Shown here: positions 18,801 to 28,118 of the stretch, piece by piece
How the letters are laid out: each line of letters opens with the position of its first letter
Position numbering within the stretch: the stretch's first letter is position 1
Assembly (NCBI GenBank): GCA_015709655.1
Contig: CP054181.1
Location: 2,708,207-2,772,206, forward strand
DNA: 64,000 bases
Source of the DNA: Ignavibacteria bacterium
Lineage (GTDB): Bacteria; Bacteroidota; Ignavibacteria; Kapaibacteriales; Kapaibacteriaceae
Direction of reading: 5' to 3'
Program-made: the position numbers and the translations under genes
The notes under the pieces: generated by a model
Told to the model about the DNA's origin: nothing
Database searches by the model: none
What the model saw: the letters and a program-made list of their open reading frames with translations, nothing else

Positions 18801-19815
18801 CCCCACACGTGCACGGCTCATGGTTAACGGAGTAATGGCCGAACAGCCGGGAGTCTATAAGGAGCAGCACCTTGGCTCACTTCAACTCATGCTGGGAACG
18901 TATCGCTACTGGGCTGACAGGAATTTTAACGGCTATATCGATGAAGTACGGCTGTACAGAACGTCATTAAGCCGTAACGAGATCCTCTTGCACATGCATC
19001 ATCCAGCCGATCCGGATGACCCGCGGCTTCTGGCATGGTATCAGTGCAACGAAACCGGTGGCGTAAGCCTGTACGATGTTGCGCAATCCAGGCATGCCAT
19101 CCTTTCGGGTGGTGCACGGCGTGTGAACTCTGCTATTCCGTATGGCAGTGGAGTTAGCAGTCTTGTACAGGCACCGCTGTCAGATGTTCAAGCCTATCGG
19201 ATTACGGCACTCGGAGTTCAGGCTGCCGCCACACGTACTGACACAACCATACTCCTCAGCAGGATCAACAGACCAGCCCCTGCCTTTCCGGAACCATCTG
19301 TATTGGTTGACGCACGGTACTTTCTTGTTCGTACTGTATCGGCGGCTAGTGACTTCCTTGATATGGTACAGTTTGATGTTTCGGATGTTGAACCGGGTGG
19401 CAGCAAACGGGCACCAGTATTTACTGTGTGGCAGCGTCCGGCATACAGTGAGCAGCTCTGGCAGAAGGCACAAGGGTTATCCAGCTATGATTCGACACTG
19501 AAGCGGCAGACGCTGAAGTTTAATACCATGATAACGGCAAATGTTGAGCTATGTCTGAGTCTCGATAATGCTCCGGTTAGCGTTCAGGAAACCCGATCAA
19601 CCCTGCAGGTATTCCCAAATCCGGCTACTGACCATTTAAAAATAGTTAACAGTATCCCGGGTGACCGTATTACCGTTCTTGATTCGTTTGGCAGGATTCT
19701 ATGGCAGCAGACTGTTGTCGAAAGCCATACGATTATTCCGACGGCACATCTGTCATCCGGCTGCTATTATGTGTTTTCCGGATCACACGGTATTCCGTTC
19801 CGAGTTATTCATTAG
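15868..19815 (+). CDS. large secreted BNR/Asp-box repeat (sialidase/sortilin-like) + PKD + LamG protein with T9SS C-terminal domain
   Basis: Signal peptide; at least 7 SxDxGxTW Asp-box motifs; PKD-like segment (FYNTPGTYQVTLEVGNSAGTDTC); LamG/concanavalin-like region; C-terminal LQVFPNPATDHLKIVN... resembles the type-A T9SS sorting domain; ATG 15868 overlaps upstream stop (TGATG). Confidence 0.7.
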   Translation: MGVRAVGIAVVLLSLPALLLAWEREGLLTNARHHTSRWYQAILGNHANVDSVMLWMRLDSSAYTEPPSIEVYNAREWIRKHYLFSDATGKVDSRRYFPPRAAKTAAVVRTQANATWHCLGPFTWDKDAKKATGSEGIGVVRSIAVNPNAPTTFLAGTISAGVWRSADAGLTWTPVTDGIMAQEVHKVAFSATEPSVAYAALDVGLARSVDGGATWQLTSLDSRADYPALSHVECIAVSAANPHVVLVAVNKRLQLSRDAGATWQVIPGSDGTYWDLEANPAKGEEFYAIRKDGNVSTFWIVDEKGLSTGTGLPKPGQLDVTPRALIATSAAAPNSVWVLFAGKKDSVGGIWGLYKSDDQGRTFGRRCCGPDEPSMPTPLQPNLIDYNPMGLGLAQVTWDMAFAVSSTDTSFIVAGGIFAYVSSNGGQTWKATAPIHYDVQDAVIVGDTLWVSTDGGIQRSNDRGTTLEDRSAGICAVEVWGFGQAPGTGVMAIGAYHLPIFVRDDAVYDSRGFSAGWYPWSGADAMMADVHPDNTQWLYAKPWTSVRGYRHRSRFKTPIVRNLGIELGYLPFSNVAFHPVESYTIVAIDHNIPGVVRTTDNAETWTTLKKFSISGVHVRIAGSRPATMAAIGDGKLWHSTDVGATWSDITPSALQTLEKRIVDVAFDNEHPDTLWIVFGGGQQDVKVMRTTDAGASWQDISKGLYNLPVYCINVQSATGTVFVGTANGVYSMPPQDDAAGQWQPYGSGLPTCHVHYVHPDEIDGMLRIGTTRGIWEAALPKPDTVIARFGYDADTVRCQYVPVRFNDRSPVPSTVDSWRRWHFEGGDPAESSERSPQVFYNTPGTYQVTLEVGNSAGTDTCLVRRAVVVLGGECDVVDSKPGSCVDLTSAGDFIDLGSFNESVNEFTFTAWVKPVGFQAIHSAILCSDVVGDVRGELGVQFVTDSNELGILWKDADWSWKSGLRLIPDQWNHVAFSISPTRARLMVNGVMAEQPGVYKEQHLGSLQLMLGTYRYWADRNFNGYIDEVRLYRTSLSRNEILLHMHHPADPDDPRLLAWYQCNETGGVSLYDVAQSRHAILSGGARRVNSAIPYGSGVSSLVQAPLSDVQAYRITALGVQAAATRTDTTILLSRINRPAPAFPEPSVLVDARYFLVRTVSAASDFLDMVQFDVSDVEPGGSKRAPVFTVWQRPAYSEQLWQKAQGLSSYDSTLKRQTLKFNTMITANVELCLSLDNAPVSVQETRSTLQVFPNPATDHLKIVNSIPGDRITVLDSFGRILWQQTVVESHTIIPTAHLSSGCYYVFSGSHGIPFRVIH

Positions 19816-21283
19816 CGTCCGGTGCACCCATAACACCATCCGGCAGCTCGGGTTTTACCATGACAACAGTCTCCCGGTCAACCACGACTGCACCTACTGC
19901 AGCACCCTTGGGCTTTCGTACATACTTACGCTGCGTATAAATCACCGGGGTCCATCCGGCATTCCTTGCCGATGAGTAGTATGCGGCTATTGCCGCTGCC
20001 TGTTCAATAACCTTCTTTGGAGGCTTGGATACGGATGGATCCGGACTGCGCAATACACAGTGTGAACCGCTCTGGCCGCGTACGTGAAACCAATAGTCGT
20101 TTTGTTTAGCAAACTTCATCGTCAGCTGGTCATTATTCGCGCTGTTTCGTCCAACATACAACGTGTAGTCCTGTTCCAGTTGAAAAATCCGGTACGGAGG
20201 GGGAGGGGATGCATGTTTTTGTTTTACGTCCATAGGAATGCTCTCCGGGTGAAGAAGCAACTGCTCCAGTTTTTGAATTTCTGTTTCAAGTCGTGGCAGC
20301 CTTAGCAGGCGCTCGTTAGCCGCTGCCTGGGCTTTGCGAGCTTTTTCGTAGTACCGCCGGGCGTTTTCAACAAGGCTGATTTCCGGCCGAAGCTGTACCG
20401 TGATTGGTTCGTCGGACCCTGGAAGGGTCAGCTCCAGTGTGTTGACACCTGTCTGCATCGGCACCGGCTGACTTAGGAGCGCATCGCCGATTGATCGTAG
20501 TGTTTCTGGTGTTACAGATTTCAGGGCATCGTTTTTCAGTGCGTAATAACTTCGACGAAGTTTTGTGAGCCTGGCCGTGAGCAGGTGTACAGTGGCATCA
20601 GTGTCGGTATTTTTACGATCTGCCTTTCGGCGCATAGCCACGATCTGCTGAAGCGCTTCCAGCACGCTGTTAAAGCGGGAAATCACGCTCATGCCTGGAA
20701 TCGGAATTGCACTCAAAACCGGCACTGAATTATGGTCCAGGATATAAAATTCACGGGATGCCCGAAACCGGGCAATAACGTCTTCTTCTGGCATACCGGC
20801 TGATAAAAGAACAGGGGGGAGTTTAATCGGAGCCGATGTTCCCGAAAAGTGCGTGTTGCGAAGCCGGGATGTATGATGCAGTGCGTTGGTGATGACACTG
20901 TTACGGGTAACAAGTACATTGCCTTTGCCCCCGGAATAGAAACATGCCTGGATCTGCATATCACCAAAATCAAAAATCAGTATCCTGTCACCACTAAAGG
21001 CTGTAACTGATCGTAGCGTATGTCCGGTACATTCAGCAAAAATGTCAATCGTGTTTTTTTTTGCCCGGTAGGCTTCGGAACTCCTGGTAACAGTTCCATA
21101 GGTGGGGTCAACACTTAGGGTAATGTACAATTCTTGTCCGCTTTCCGTACAAAACCCGAGTCGGCACGCATTCTTCTCTTGCGTCCATGCACTGCATAGA
21201 ATCCATCCGCCAATGCAACCGTTCAGTTCTCGTGCGGCATGTTCCAGGGTGAGTGCATGCTTAATCATGGCTTTCGATACCAA
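19805..21283 (-). CDS. NFACT-family protein (FbpA/RqcH-like ribosome quality control homolog)
   Basis: N-terminal NFACT-N like region, coiled coil, and C-terminal DUF814/NFACT-R motif DYWFHVRGQSGSHCVL; real start may be the ATG 15 nt downstream (MIKHAL). Confidence 0.7.
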   Translation of the reverse strand: MVSKAMIKHALTLEHAARELNGCIGGWILCSAWTQEKNACRLGFCTESGQELYITLSVDPTYGTVTRSSEAYRAKKNTIDIFAECTGHTLRSVTAFSGDRILIFDFGDMQIQACFYSGGKGNVLVTRNSVITNALHHTSRLRNTHFSGTSAPIKLPPVLLSAGMPEEDVIARFRASREFYILDHNSVPVLSAIPIPGMSVISRFNSVLEALQQIVAMRRKADRKNTDTDATVHLLTARLTKLRRSYYALKNDALKSVTPETLRSIGDALLSQPVPMQTGVNTLELTLPGSDEPITVQLRPEISLVENARRYYEKARKAQAAANERLLRLPRLETEIQKLEQLLLHPESIPMDVKQKHASPPPPYRIFQLEQDYTLYVGRNSANNDQLTMKFAKQNDYWFHVRGQSGSHCVLRSPDPSVSKPPKKVIEQAAAIAAYYSSARNAGWTPVIYTQRKYVRKPKGAAVGAVVVDRETVVMVKPELPDGVMGAPDANE

Positions 21284-23981
21284 GCCATTCCGGCTTTTGC
21301 GACGGCAACGTTAGCGTCATTACTTTTTTCCACTCTGCCGAAGCCCCTTTCATCCACTTGGTAAAAGAAGCAACATTCTCCGGAGTGGGGTCAACGCAGC
21401 CAAGAAGCCGTGCGCAGCTTATTCGCTGATTATGCGACTTACATTTTTGCCAAATGGGAATAATGTCGGCAATTGTTCGCTTTTCGCCCCGAACGGTACC
21501 TTCGACAGCGGAATTACGAACAATTTGTTCCTTATCCATAAAGCACTTTACCAGCAGCAACGGCAGTTCACCCTTGGTGAGCGTACCAATAGCATATCCT
21601 GCTCTTGCTCTGACGTAGGGATGCTTATCTGAAAGAAGTTTAGTAACTGCCGATAGTGCGGACGGACTGCCTATCTGGCTCAGGGAAAGTGTGGCTGCAC
21701 TTCGCAAACCCCACGATGTGTTGCCGGTAACGGTGATGAGCGGCTCAACGAAGGAAATGCTCTTGCAGAGGCCTGCCAGAACGCAGCCCGCACCAATCTT
21801 CCCCCGGTCATCCGACTGCATAGCCTTGTGCAAAAAGGCAATAACGGCGGTTGAGTCGGCAGAATAGAGCTTGGGGACAACGTACTCTATGGTCAGGCGT
21901 TCGCGTGGCATTTGCGTTCCAAGGTACTGCCACAGACTGTCAAGAATACCGGTACCGAGAGCAACCAGTGAGTCTCGCGCCGGCTTTACGTTTGACTGAT
22001 ACTTTAACGGTGCGGCTGATGCCTGGATAAATAAGCTGTCGAACGACGTAGCCAGTGGCAGTGGTGGCTCTTCGGGTGACGGTGTACTTTGTTTTGTTAC
22101 CGGCTGCCGTACGGAAGAATCGGAATCGTCAATAAATGTACCATAGGTGGACTGAAGTGACGTAGAATTATTCCGCTGCGTACTTGAGTAGAAGTCAGTA
22201 CCGTTGGCATCGTAAAAGATACCAATCATGCCCATGCTTCGGCGGAAATCGGAAAAGCCTAACGTATTGGTTGAGTCGCGTGCGGCATACAGATCACTGC
22301 CATCCAGATCAGTAAAAATCGATATGGCATTTGCATTCCCGCCGCCCAGACTCAGGCTTTCTACGGCATAGGAGTCATTGCCGGAAACATCGCACAGTAA
22401 ACCAAGGGCCACATCGTGTCCGCATCCCTGACTAACGCCATGCGAGGAATACACATCGTTGCCGGCGCTATCAACCAGGATACCTGTGGCAAAGTGAACG
22501 CCGCTGCCCTGAGCATATTGATGTGCCAGATATTTATCATGTCCGGCATCATCAAGCAGGGCGCCCAGGCCAAACCAGTAGCCAACACCCTGACCAAAGA
22601 TGTCGCACACATACGTATCGTTGCCAGTGGCATCGTACAGGATACCAATTCCTCCGGAAGCATGTGGCCTGTTTCCCAGTGCCGCTCCCTGAGCAAAGGT
22701 TGTAAAGTGATCATTATATCGCAGAACATCAACAACCGGACTTGAGGCAACGTACTGATCGTTGCCTGCAAGGTCTACCAACATACCTGCTCCGCGTGTA
22801 CCGCCAAAACCCTGAGCCTGTGAATGAGCGTGGTACATGTCCGATCCTGCATTGTCGGCCAGTATGCCGATACCAAAGATGCCGGTGCCCTGGGTGTTTT
22901 GTCCGCCGATGTAAAAGTCATTACCGGCGATATCGTGCAAAATTCCAAATCCGAATAAACCGCATCCCTGGCTGAAATTGGCACTTCTGTACGTGTCATT
23001 CCCGGCCACATCGATCAGGATCCCAACGCCGAAATAGCCGCAACCCAGGGCCATGTCATTACCATTGTACGTGTCATTACCACCCAGGTCAATAATGCAC
23101 TGTACCGGATTATTCAGGGCATCTGCTTTCGAGGATGGACCGATCGTATAAATGTCATCACCACCCGGATCAAAAATCAGCGCATAGGTTCCATGGTACA
23201 CATCTGACCCGGTGGTACCGATAGCCACCAGGCCGGCGGGAGTCTGGTAAACGTGAACTGCTGTATCAGATCCGATGCTGCCCGGAGTTGCCTGAATATT
23301 GCCGATGTGGGTTATTGCCTGCAGATACAGTTCTGCACCACTGCGGTACACGTTTTCAAACCATGCCGGCTGTGCAAGGTTAAAGTAATCGCTCACCTCT
23401 TTAAACTGTTCGCGCTCAGCTCGGTACGTGTCAAACAGCGATGCTTTTTCGTTGCTGCCCGATTCAAGCCAGAGTGAATCTGACCATCGTTCAACCATCG
23501 GTGTATTGCGAACGCGCTTGCGGGCATCTGCTGCCGCTGCCTTGGCAGTAATAATCCGGTTTAGCAAAGACTGCACGATAATATGCGTACCGTTGTCGGT
23601 GATTTCAGTGGGCCGTCCATGAAGATCAGTAATGGCCACCGGCAGTTGTGATGGTGGTGCTCCAAACAAATGCAGTGGTGAGTAGCCCACCTCTGTTAAC
23701 CGTATAAGGTCAGAAAACAGGACCGGATCGGCATGAGTAAGCATTGAAACGGCTTCGCTGCTCAGCCTGCGCGCAACCGAAATGCTTCCGAGCGGATGAG
23801 TAAACAAACTGTCATGGAACCTTGTTCTGTGCGGATCGGCTTTTACCCAGTCGTACGGCAGATAAATATCGGAGTCTGACATGCCAAGCCGTTCCATGGC
23901 AGAGTGAATGTGCTGAGTAAGACTGGGTTGTGCCGCACAGACAAGGACTGGAAAGAACAGCGGGATGAGAACAAAACGCAT
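21261..23981 (-). CDS. secreted 906-aa protein with ~14 tandem glycine-rich 26-27-aa repeats (AGNDxY...QGxGxFGxGxLxD) and C-terminal HEAT-like repeats
   Basis: Signal peptide MRFVLIPLFFPVLVCAAQ; internal repeats e.g. GNDTYRSANFSQGCGLFGFGILHDIA / GNDFYIGGQNTQGTGIFGIGILADNA; C-terminal LSDKHPYVRARAGYAIG... HEAT/PBS-lyase-like repeats; no confident family assignment. Confidence 0.6.
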   Translation of the reverse strand: MRFVLIPLFFPVLVCAAQPSLTQHIHSAMERLGMSDSDIYLPYDWVKADPHRTRFHDSLFTHPLGSISVARRLSSEAVSMLTHADPVLFSDLIRLTEVGYSPLHLFGAPPSQLPVAITDLHGRPTEITDNGTHIIVQSLLNRIITAKAAAADARKRVRNTPMVERWSDSLWLESGSNEKASLFDTYRAEREQFKEVSDYFNLAQPAWFENVYRSGAELYLQAITHIGNIQATPGSIGSDTAVHVYQTPAGLVAIGTTGSDVYHGTYALIFDPGGDDIYTIGPSSKADALNNPVQCIIDLGGNDTYNGNDMALGCGYFGVGILIDVAGNDTYRSANFSQGCGLFGFGILHDIAGNDFYIGGQNTQGTGIFGIGILADNAGSDMYHAHSQAQGFGGTRGAGMLVDLAGNDQYVASSPVVDVLRYNDHFTTFAQGAALGNRPHASGGIGILYDATGNDTYVCDIFGQGVGYWFGLGALLDDAGHDKYLAHQYAQGSGVHFATGILVDSAGNDVYSSHGVSQGCGHDVALGLLCDVSGNDSYAVESLSLGGGNANAISIFTDLDGSDLYAARDSTNTLGFSDFRRSMGMIGIFYDANGTDFYSSTQRNNSTSLQSTYGTFIDDSDSSVRQPVTKQSTPSPEEPPLPLATSFDSLFIQASAAPLKYQSNVKPARDSLVALGTGILDSLWQYLGTQMPRERLTIEYVVPKLYSADSTAVIAFLHKAMQSDDRGKIGAGCVLAGLCKSISFVEPLITVTGNTSWGLRSAATLSLSQIGSPSALSAVTKLLSDKHPYVRARAGYAIGTLTKGELPLLLVKCFMDKEQIVRNSAVEGTVRGEKRTIADIIPIWQKCKSHNQRISCARLLGCVDPTPENVASFTKWMKGASAEWKKVMTLTLPSQKPEWLGIESHD

Positions 23982-23996
23982 ACGTAATAAACAATG

Positions 23997-25034
23997 TTAG
24001 TGGCCGTTACGAAGCAGGATCTCGATTGTATCCGCCCCGGCTTGTTGTGAAGAGTAACGTGTAAATCGGTCAAAAGGAATATTCGATGACCGTCCGGATT
24101 CAATGCGTACCGGTGCGGTGTGCAGGTGCAGTTCATCAACCAGGTCCAGTGCAAACAGCCATGCTGCTAAGCCGGGACCCGGTTCACACAAAATACCGGT
24201 TATCCCGTTCAGCGTCAGTGCTTTCAGCTGGTCAATAAAGTGTGAACGGTCGGCCGTGGTAAAGGTAGTGATGACTTCATACGTTGGATAAACAGAACGG
24301 GTTTGGTACAGATACGAATCGGAGGGAAGTCCCTGAACAGAACTTACTACGATACGTGCGGGGTCCCGACCCTGAACATAGCGGACGTTGAGCCGGGGGT
24401 TATCGGCAATGACGGTGCCCATGCCTACCATAACGGCGTCGAACTCCGCCCGCAGCCTGTGCACCTCGGTTTGGGCCTCAACCCCTGTAATGCTGATGGG
24501 GGAGCGCTCGAGCGGAGCCATGATACCATTGGAGCTTTGGGCAATCTTAACCACGATGTACGGCATCCCGGTTGTTACAGTCTTTATGTAGGCTCTGTTT
24601 ATTCTGGTAATGGTATCTGTGGCGGCTCCATGGTGAATAAAGGCACGAACTCCGTGTGTGAGCAGAAAATCGATACCGCCTCCGCGGACCGTCGGGTTAG
24701 GGTCGGCCATTCCTGCAACAACCGTCTGGATACCAGACTGTACGATTCTGTGTGTGCACGGAGGCTGTTTGCCGCTATGGTTGCATGGTTCCAGTGTTAC
24801 GTACAGTACAGCCTCGGCTGGTATGCTATGCAGCTGATTGAGTGCATGCACCTCTGCATGTTGTTCACCGTACCGTTCGTGCCAACCCTCGGAGAGAATT
24901 GTTGACCCAACAGCAACAACAGCACCAACACGCGGATTCGGACTCGTGGTACCCGTACCGTTTAGCGACAGCCGGGCTGCCCGTGCAAGCATTTCATCAC
25001 ACAGTTGTTTACTTGGATACTCTGCCATACCCAT
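23997..25034 (-). CDS. ribD: bifunctional riboflavin biosynthesis deaminase/reductase
   Basis: CDA zinc motif HAEVHAL...LEPCNHSGKQPPC followed by RibD reductase (dihydrofolate-reductase-like) C-terminal half. Confidence 0.85.
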   Translation of the reverse strand: MGMAEYPSKQLCDEMLARAARLSLNGTGTTSPNPRVGAVVAVGSTILSEGWHERYGEQHAEVHALNQLHSIPAEAVLYVTLEPCNHSGKQPPCTHRIVQSGIQTVVAGMADPNPTVRGGGIDFLLTHGVRAFIHHGAATDTITRINRAYIKTVTTGMPYIVVKIAQSSNGIMAPLERSPISITGVEAQTEVHRLRAEFDAVMVGMGTVIADNPRLNVRYVQGRDPARIVVSSVQGLPSDSYLYQTRSVYPTYEVITTFTTADRSHFIDQLKALTLNGITGILCEPGPGLAAWLFALDLVDELHLHTAPVRIESGRSSNIPFDRFTRYSSQQAGADTIEILLRNGH

Positions 25035-25037
25035 GGT

Positions 25038-25868
25038 TTACCGGGGAGGCCATGAAATGTTCAAATCGGTTCTGTAGGGTTTGGGGTGAGCCGGAATCAA
25101 AAGCTCTACATGGTAATCGCCGTCACTAACCCGTACCCCCTGAAGGTTTCTGCCATTCCATGGAATAACATACCGCTGCATCTGGTTGGGTGTTTGCGGT
25201 TCAACAGTGCTAACAAACTGTAAGAAGTTGCGTTCGTAATCTGACCTGTACACAACAGTCCCGGCTTCGTCGGTAATGATGATTCGGAAGACTTCGGACG
25301 ACGGGAGGTATTCGCCTGGCGGAACAAAAATGCGCTTTGCAACAGCTCCAATCTCCATCGTTGTATCGTTAACGGCATGCGAAAATGCAGTGAGTTCAAG
25401 AGGTTCGATCACCTCGTAAGTAAGATGCGTTCTGAATACAAGATGTTCCTCCGGCGTAACGACCGAAACATCAGCCCAGCAGCTCTTGCTGGCGACGGCA
25501 GGCTTGGTATCCCATGTTGCATTCCCAGTCAGGTGAATTGTTTCTCCTACGCCCGGTGCACCTGCCGTACTAAGCGAGAACGTGATGATATCGTTCATAC
25601 TATTCTCGTCTGCGCCTACTGCAGCCTCTACATACTTTACATATTTACCCGACGTTCGCAGGGTTGGTGTTCCAATAAAGCTGATATTAACTGTTCCGTC
25701 TGTAAGCTTTACTGCTCGTAAATCGTACACTGGTTCGTTAACCCGAAGGGCTTTGCCAGAGCGCACGAAGTCACTATGAGCTACGCGTACACAGCCGGTG
25801 GTAGAAATGGTGACGATCGTAATGATGACGAGTAAGGAGCACCACCGATGTAAGCGTGATCGTATCAT
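25038..25868 (-). CDS. hypothetical secreted/lipoprotein (276 aa)
   Basis: N-terminal signal peptide with possible lipobox (ISTTGC); no recognisable catalytic motifs. Confidence 0.45.
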   Translation of the reverse strand: MIRSRLHRWCSLLVIITIVTISTTGCVRVAHSDFVRSGKALRVNEPVYDLRAVKLTDGTVNISFIGTPTLRTSGKYVKYVEAAVGADENSMNDIITFSLSTAGAPGVGETIHLTGNATWDTKPAVASKSCWADVSVVTPEEHLVFRTHLTYEVIEPLELTAFSHAVNDTTMEIGAVAKRIFVPPGEYLPSSEVFRIIITDEAGTVVYRSDYERNFLQFVSTVEPQTPNQMQRYVIPWNGRNLQGVRVSDGDYHVELLIPAHPKPYRTDLNISWPPR

Positions 25869-26575
25869 GCTGCAAAAATAGCCGATTCTATCACTTCAGC
25901 TGTGGTGCGGGCGGCCTGCGCTGCAGTGTGTAGCACATGGTGGTGACCGAGAACAGGCAGCTGTACTTCGGATGTTGTATTGGTAACAACGGCAAGAGCA
26001 ATACAGGACAAGCCAAGTGTGCGTGCTGCCGTCAGCTCGGGAACCATACTCATGCCGATGACGTCGGCACCCATCCGACGAAACATTCGGATCTCAGCCC
26101 GGGTTTCGTATTGTGGACCACGGGTCTGGACGTAGGTAACACTACGTAACCCTAGCCCCTTTCTCAGACAAGCCTCGCGGGTTGCACCTGCCCAGTCGCG
26201 GTTCACAGGGAAGCGTCCGGCAGTACCGAGTGAATCTATCATCCCAATAACATCATCAATGATTGTAACATCGGCTGCTTGAAGCGAACGGTTGAGCGCA
26301 CCAACGGCACTGGTAACGATGAGGTGGGTAACGCCCTGCGACTTCAGGTATTCCAGTGGTCGTGCCAGAGTGGTCTGGCTGTGTCCTTCGTATTGATGCA
26401 GGCGCCCGCTCATGACCAGGGCCTGCTGGGTACCAATCTGCTGCATGCCAATGGTACCGTTATGTCCGGCAACAGTTGTAGCGGGTACACCCGGTATAGA
26501 ATCAAATTGAATACTGTCACCGGTTGGTGTTCCTATCGTGATACCACTACCGGCGATAACGGCAACGAGGGGCAT
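25865..26575 (-). CDS. purine nucleoside phosphorylase family protein (PNP/MTAP family; MTAP-like paralog)
   Basis: PNP_UDP_1 motifs: VIAGSG, TSAVGALN, MSMVPE; likely ATG at 26575 (MPLVAVIAGSG) rather than track start 26647. Confidence 0.7.
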   Translation of the reverse strand: MPLVAVIAGSGITIGTPTGDSIQFDSIPGVPATTVAGHNGTIGMQQIGTQQALVMSGRLHQYEGHSQTTLARPLEYLKSQGVTHLIVTSAVGALNRSLQAADVTIIDDVIGMIDSLGTAGRFPVNRDWAGATREACLRKGLGLRSVTYVQTRGPQYETRAEIRMFRRMGADVIGMSMVPELTAARTLGLSCIALAVVTNTTSEVQLPVLGHHHVLHTAAQAARTTAEVIESAIFAA

Positions 26576-26661
26576 ACCGAAATATATTGCTTCTAAACGA
26601 AATCCTACTGTAAAAAACGATTTGCAATGGTTTATCAGTCGGCACAACCCTAATTTCGCTC

Positions 26662-27531
26662 ATGATAAAAAGCATGACGGGGTTTGGAAAGGCCCAAGGT
26701 GAAGTACTGGGAAGCACGGTTACGGTAGAAATAAAAAGTGTGAACGGACGCTACCTGGAACCGTCCGTGCGCCTTCCTAAGGAGTGGGCACATATTGAAC
26801 AGGGTATCCGTGAAGTGATACGGGACCGTATCAGCCGTGGCAGTGTGAACGTTTTTGTACGGAGAGAATCAACGCTGGCCACCGATGATGTTGTTGTGAA
26901 TATCCCTGCAGCAGAGGCCTACGTTGTGGCACTGCAAACCATACAGAATGAACTCAATCTGCCCGGCACCATTGGTATTGAAATGGTTGCACGGTACGAT
27001 GCAGTGTTCCGTGGCGTGGCCGATGCCGATGCCGATGCCTCGAAAGAACTCCTGCCACTCGTCTCTATGGCAGTTGATGGTCTGGACGTCATGCGGACAA
27101 ACGAAGGTGCTATTCTCGCCAATGATATGGCTGAACGCCTGGAGTCAATTACCACCATGCTCACCCGTGCCGAAAACCTCAGTGCACAACGCATTCCACT
27201 GGAAAGGGAACGCCTCAGAGAGAAAGTCCGTCAGCTCATGAATGACGAAGCTGTCGACGAACAGCGACTCCAGCTGGAAATTGTTCTTTTGAGCGAAAAG
27301 CTGGATGTGAGTGAAGAAAGTGTTCGTCTGCGAAGCCATATTAAACATTACCGTGCCGACCTAGAGAAAGGCGGAGCCGTTGGACGACGTCTGAACTTCT
27401 TGGTGCAGGAAATGAACCGCGAAGTAAACACCATCGGAAGCAAGGCTGCCGATGCTGACATTGCACTCCTGGTTGTGGGAATGAAGGAAGAACTGGAACG
27501 GATTCGTGAACAAGTGCAAAACATAGAATGA
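26662..27531 (+). CDS. yicC: YicC-family stress-induced protein
   Basis: Starts MIKSMTGFGKA as E. coli YicC (MIRSMTAYAR), YicC-like N and DUF1732 C regions; conserved yicC-gmk pairing. Confidence 0.8.
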   Translation: MIKSMTGFGKAQGEVLGSTVTVEIKSVNGRYLEPSVRLPKEWAHIEQGIREVIRDRISRGSVNVFVRRESTLATDDVVVNIPAAEAYVVALQTIQNELNLPGTIGIEMVARYDAVFRGVADADADASKELLPLVSMAVDGLDVMRTNEGAILANDMAERLESITTMLTRAENLSAQRIPLERERLREKVRQLMNDEAVDEQRLQLEIVLLSEKLDVSEESVRLRSHIKHYRADLEKGGAVGRRLNFLVQEMNREVNTIGSKAADADIALLVVGMKEELERIREQVQNIE

Positions 27532-28118
27532 GCAAGAGCCTGATTGTGCTGAGCGCACCCAGCGGCGCAGGCAAAACAACGGTTGCCCGACACTTGCTCC
27601 AGGTGTTTCCCATGCTTCGGTTTAGCGTCAGCGCCACAACCCGGCCAAAACGACGCGGTGAAGTTGATAAAAAAGATTATCACTTCTTGTCGCGTGATGA
27701 ATTTAAACGTCGCATCGAACAGGGCGATCTCATCGAGTACGAAGAGATCTTTGGTAATTACTACGGAACCCTGAAAAGTGTTGTACAGGAATCCCTGACC
27801 CGCCGTGAATTTATTCTGTTCGATGTTGATGTGAAGGGGGCTTTAAGTTTGCGTACAGCATTCCCCAACGATTCGCTGCTGATTTTTGTTGCTCCTCCGG
27901 ATATGCAGACACTGGCAGAAAGACTGCGGAACCGAAGAACGGAAACTGAAGAACAGATACAAATGCGTCTGGCTCGTGCCGAGATGGAGATGGGGCATAT
28001 CGATGCATTTGACCATGTTCTGGTCAATTCAGTTCTGAACCAAACGCTGGAATCTGCAGAAACCATTGTCCAAAAAAACATTGCGGGATCGGGAGAGCAA
28101 CAGCAGTTAGAGCTATGA
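27528..28118 (+). CDS. gmk: guanylate kinase
   Basis: P-loop SAPSGAGKTT, guanylate kinase signature; ATGA overlap with yicC stop. Confidence 0.9.
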   Translation: MSKSLIVLSAPSGAGKTTVARHLLQVFPMLRFSVSATTRPKRRGEVDKKDYHFLSRDEFKRRIEQGDLIEYEEIFGNYYGTLKSVVQESLTRREFILFDVDVKGALSLRTAFPNDSLLIFVAPPDMQTLAERLRNRRTETEEQIQMRLARAEMEMGHIDAFDHVLVNSVLNQTLESAETIVQKNIAGSGEQQQLEL

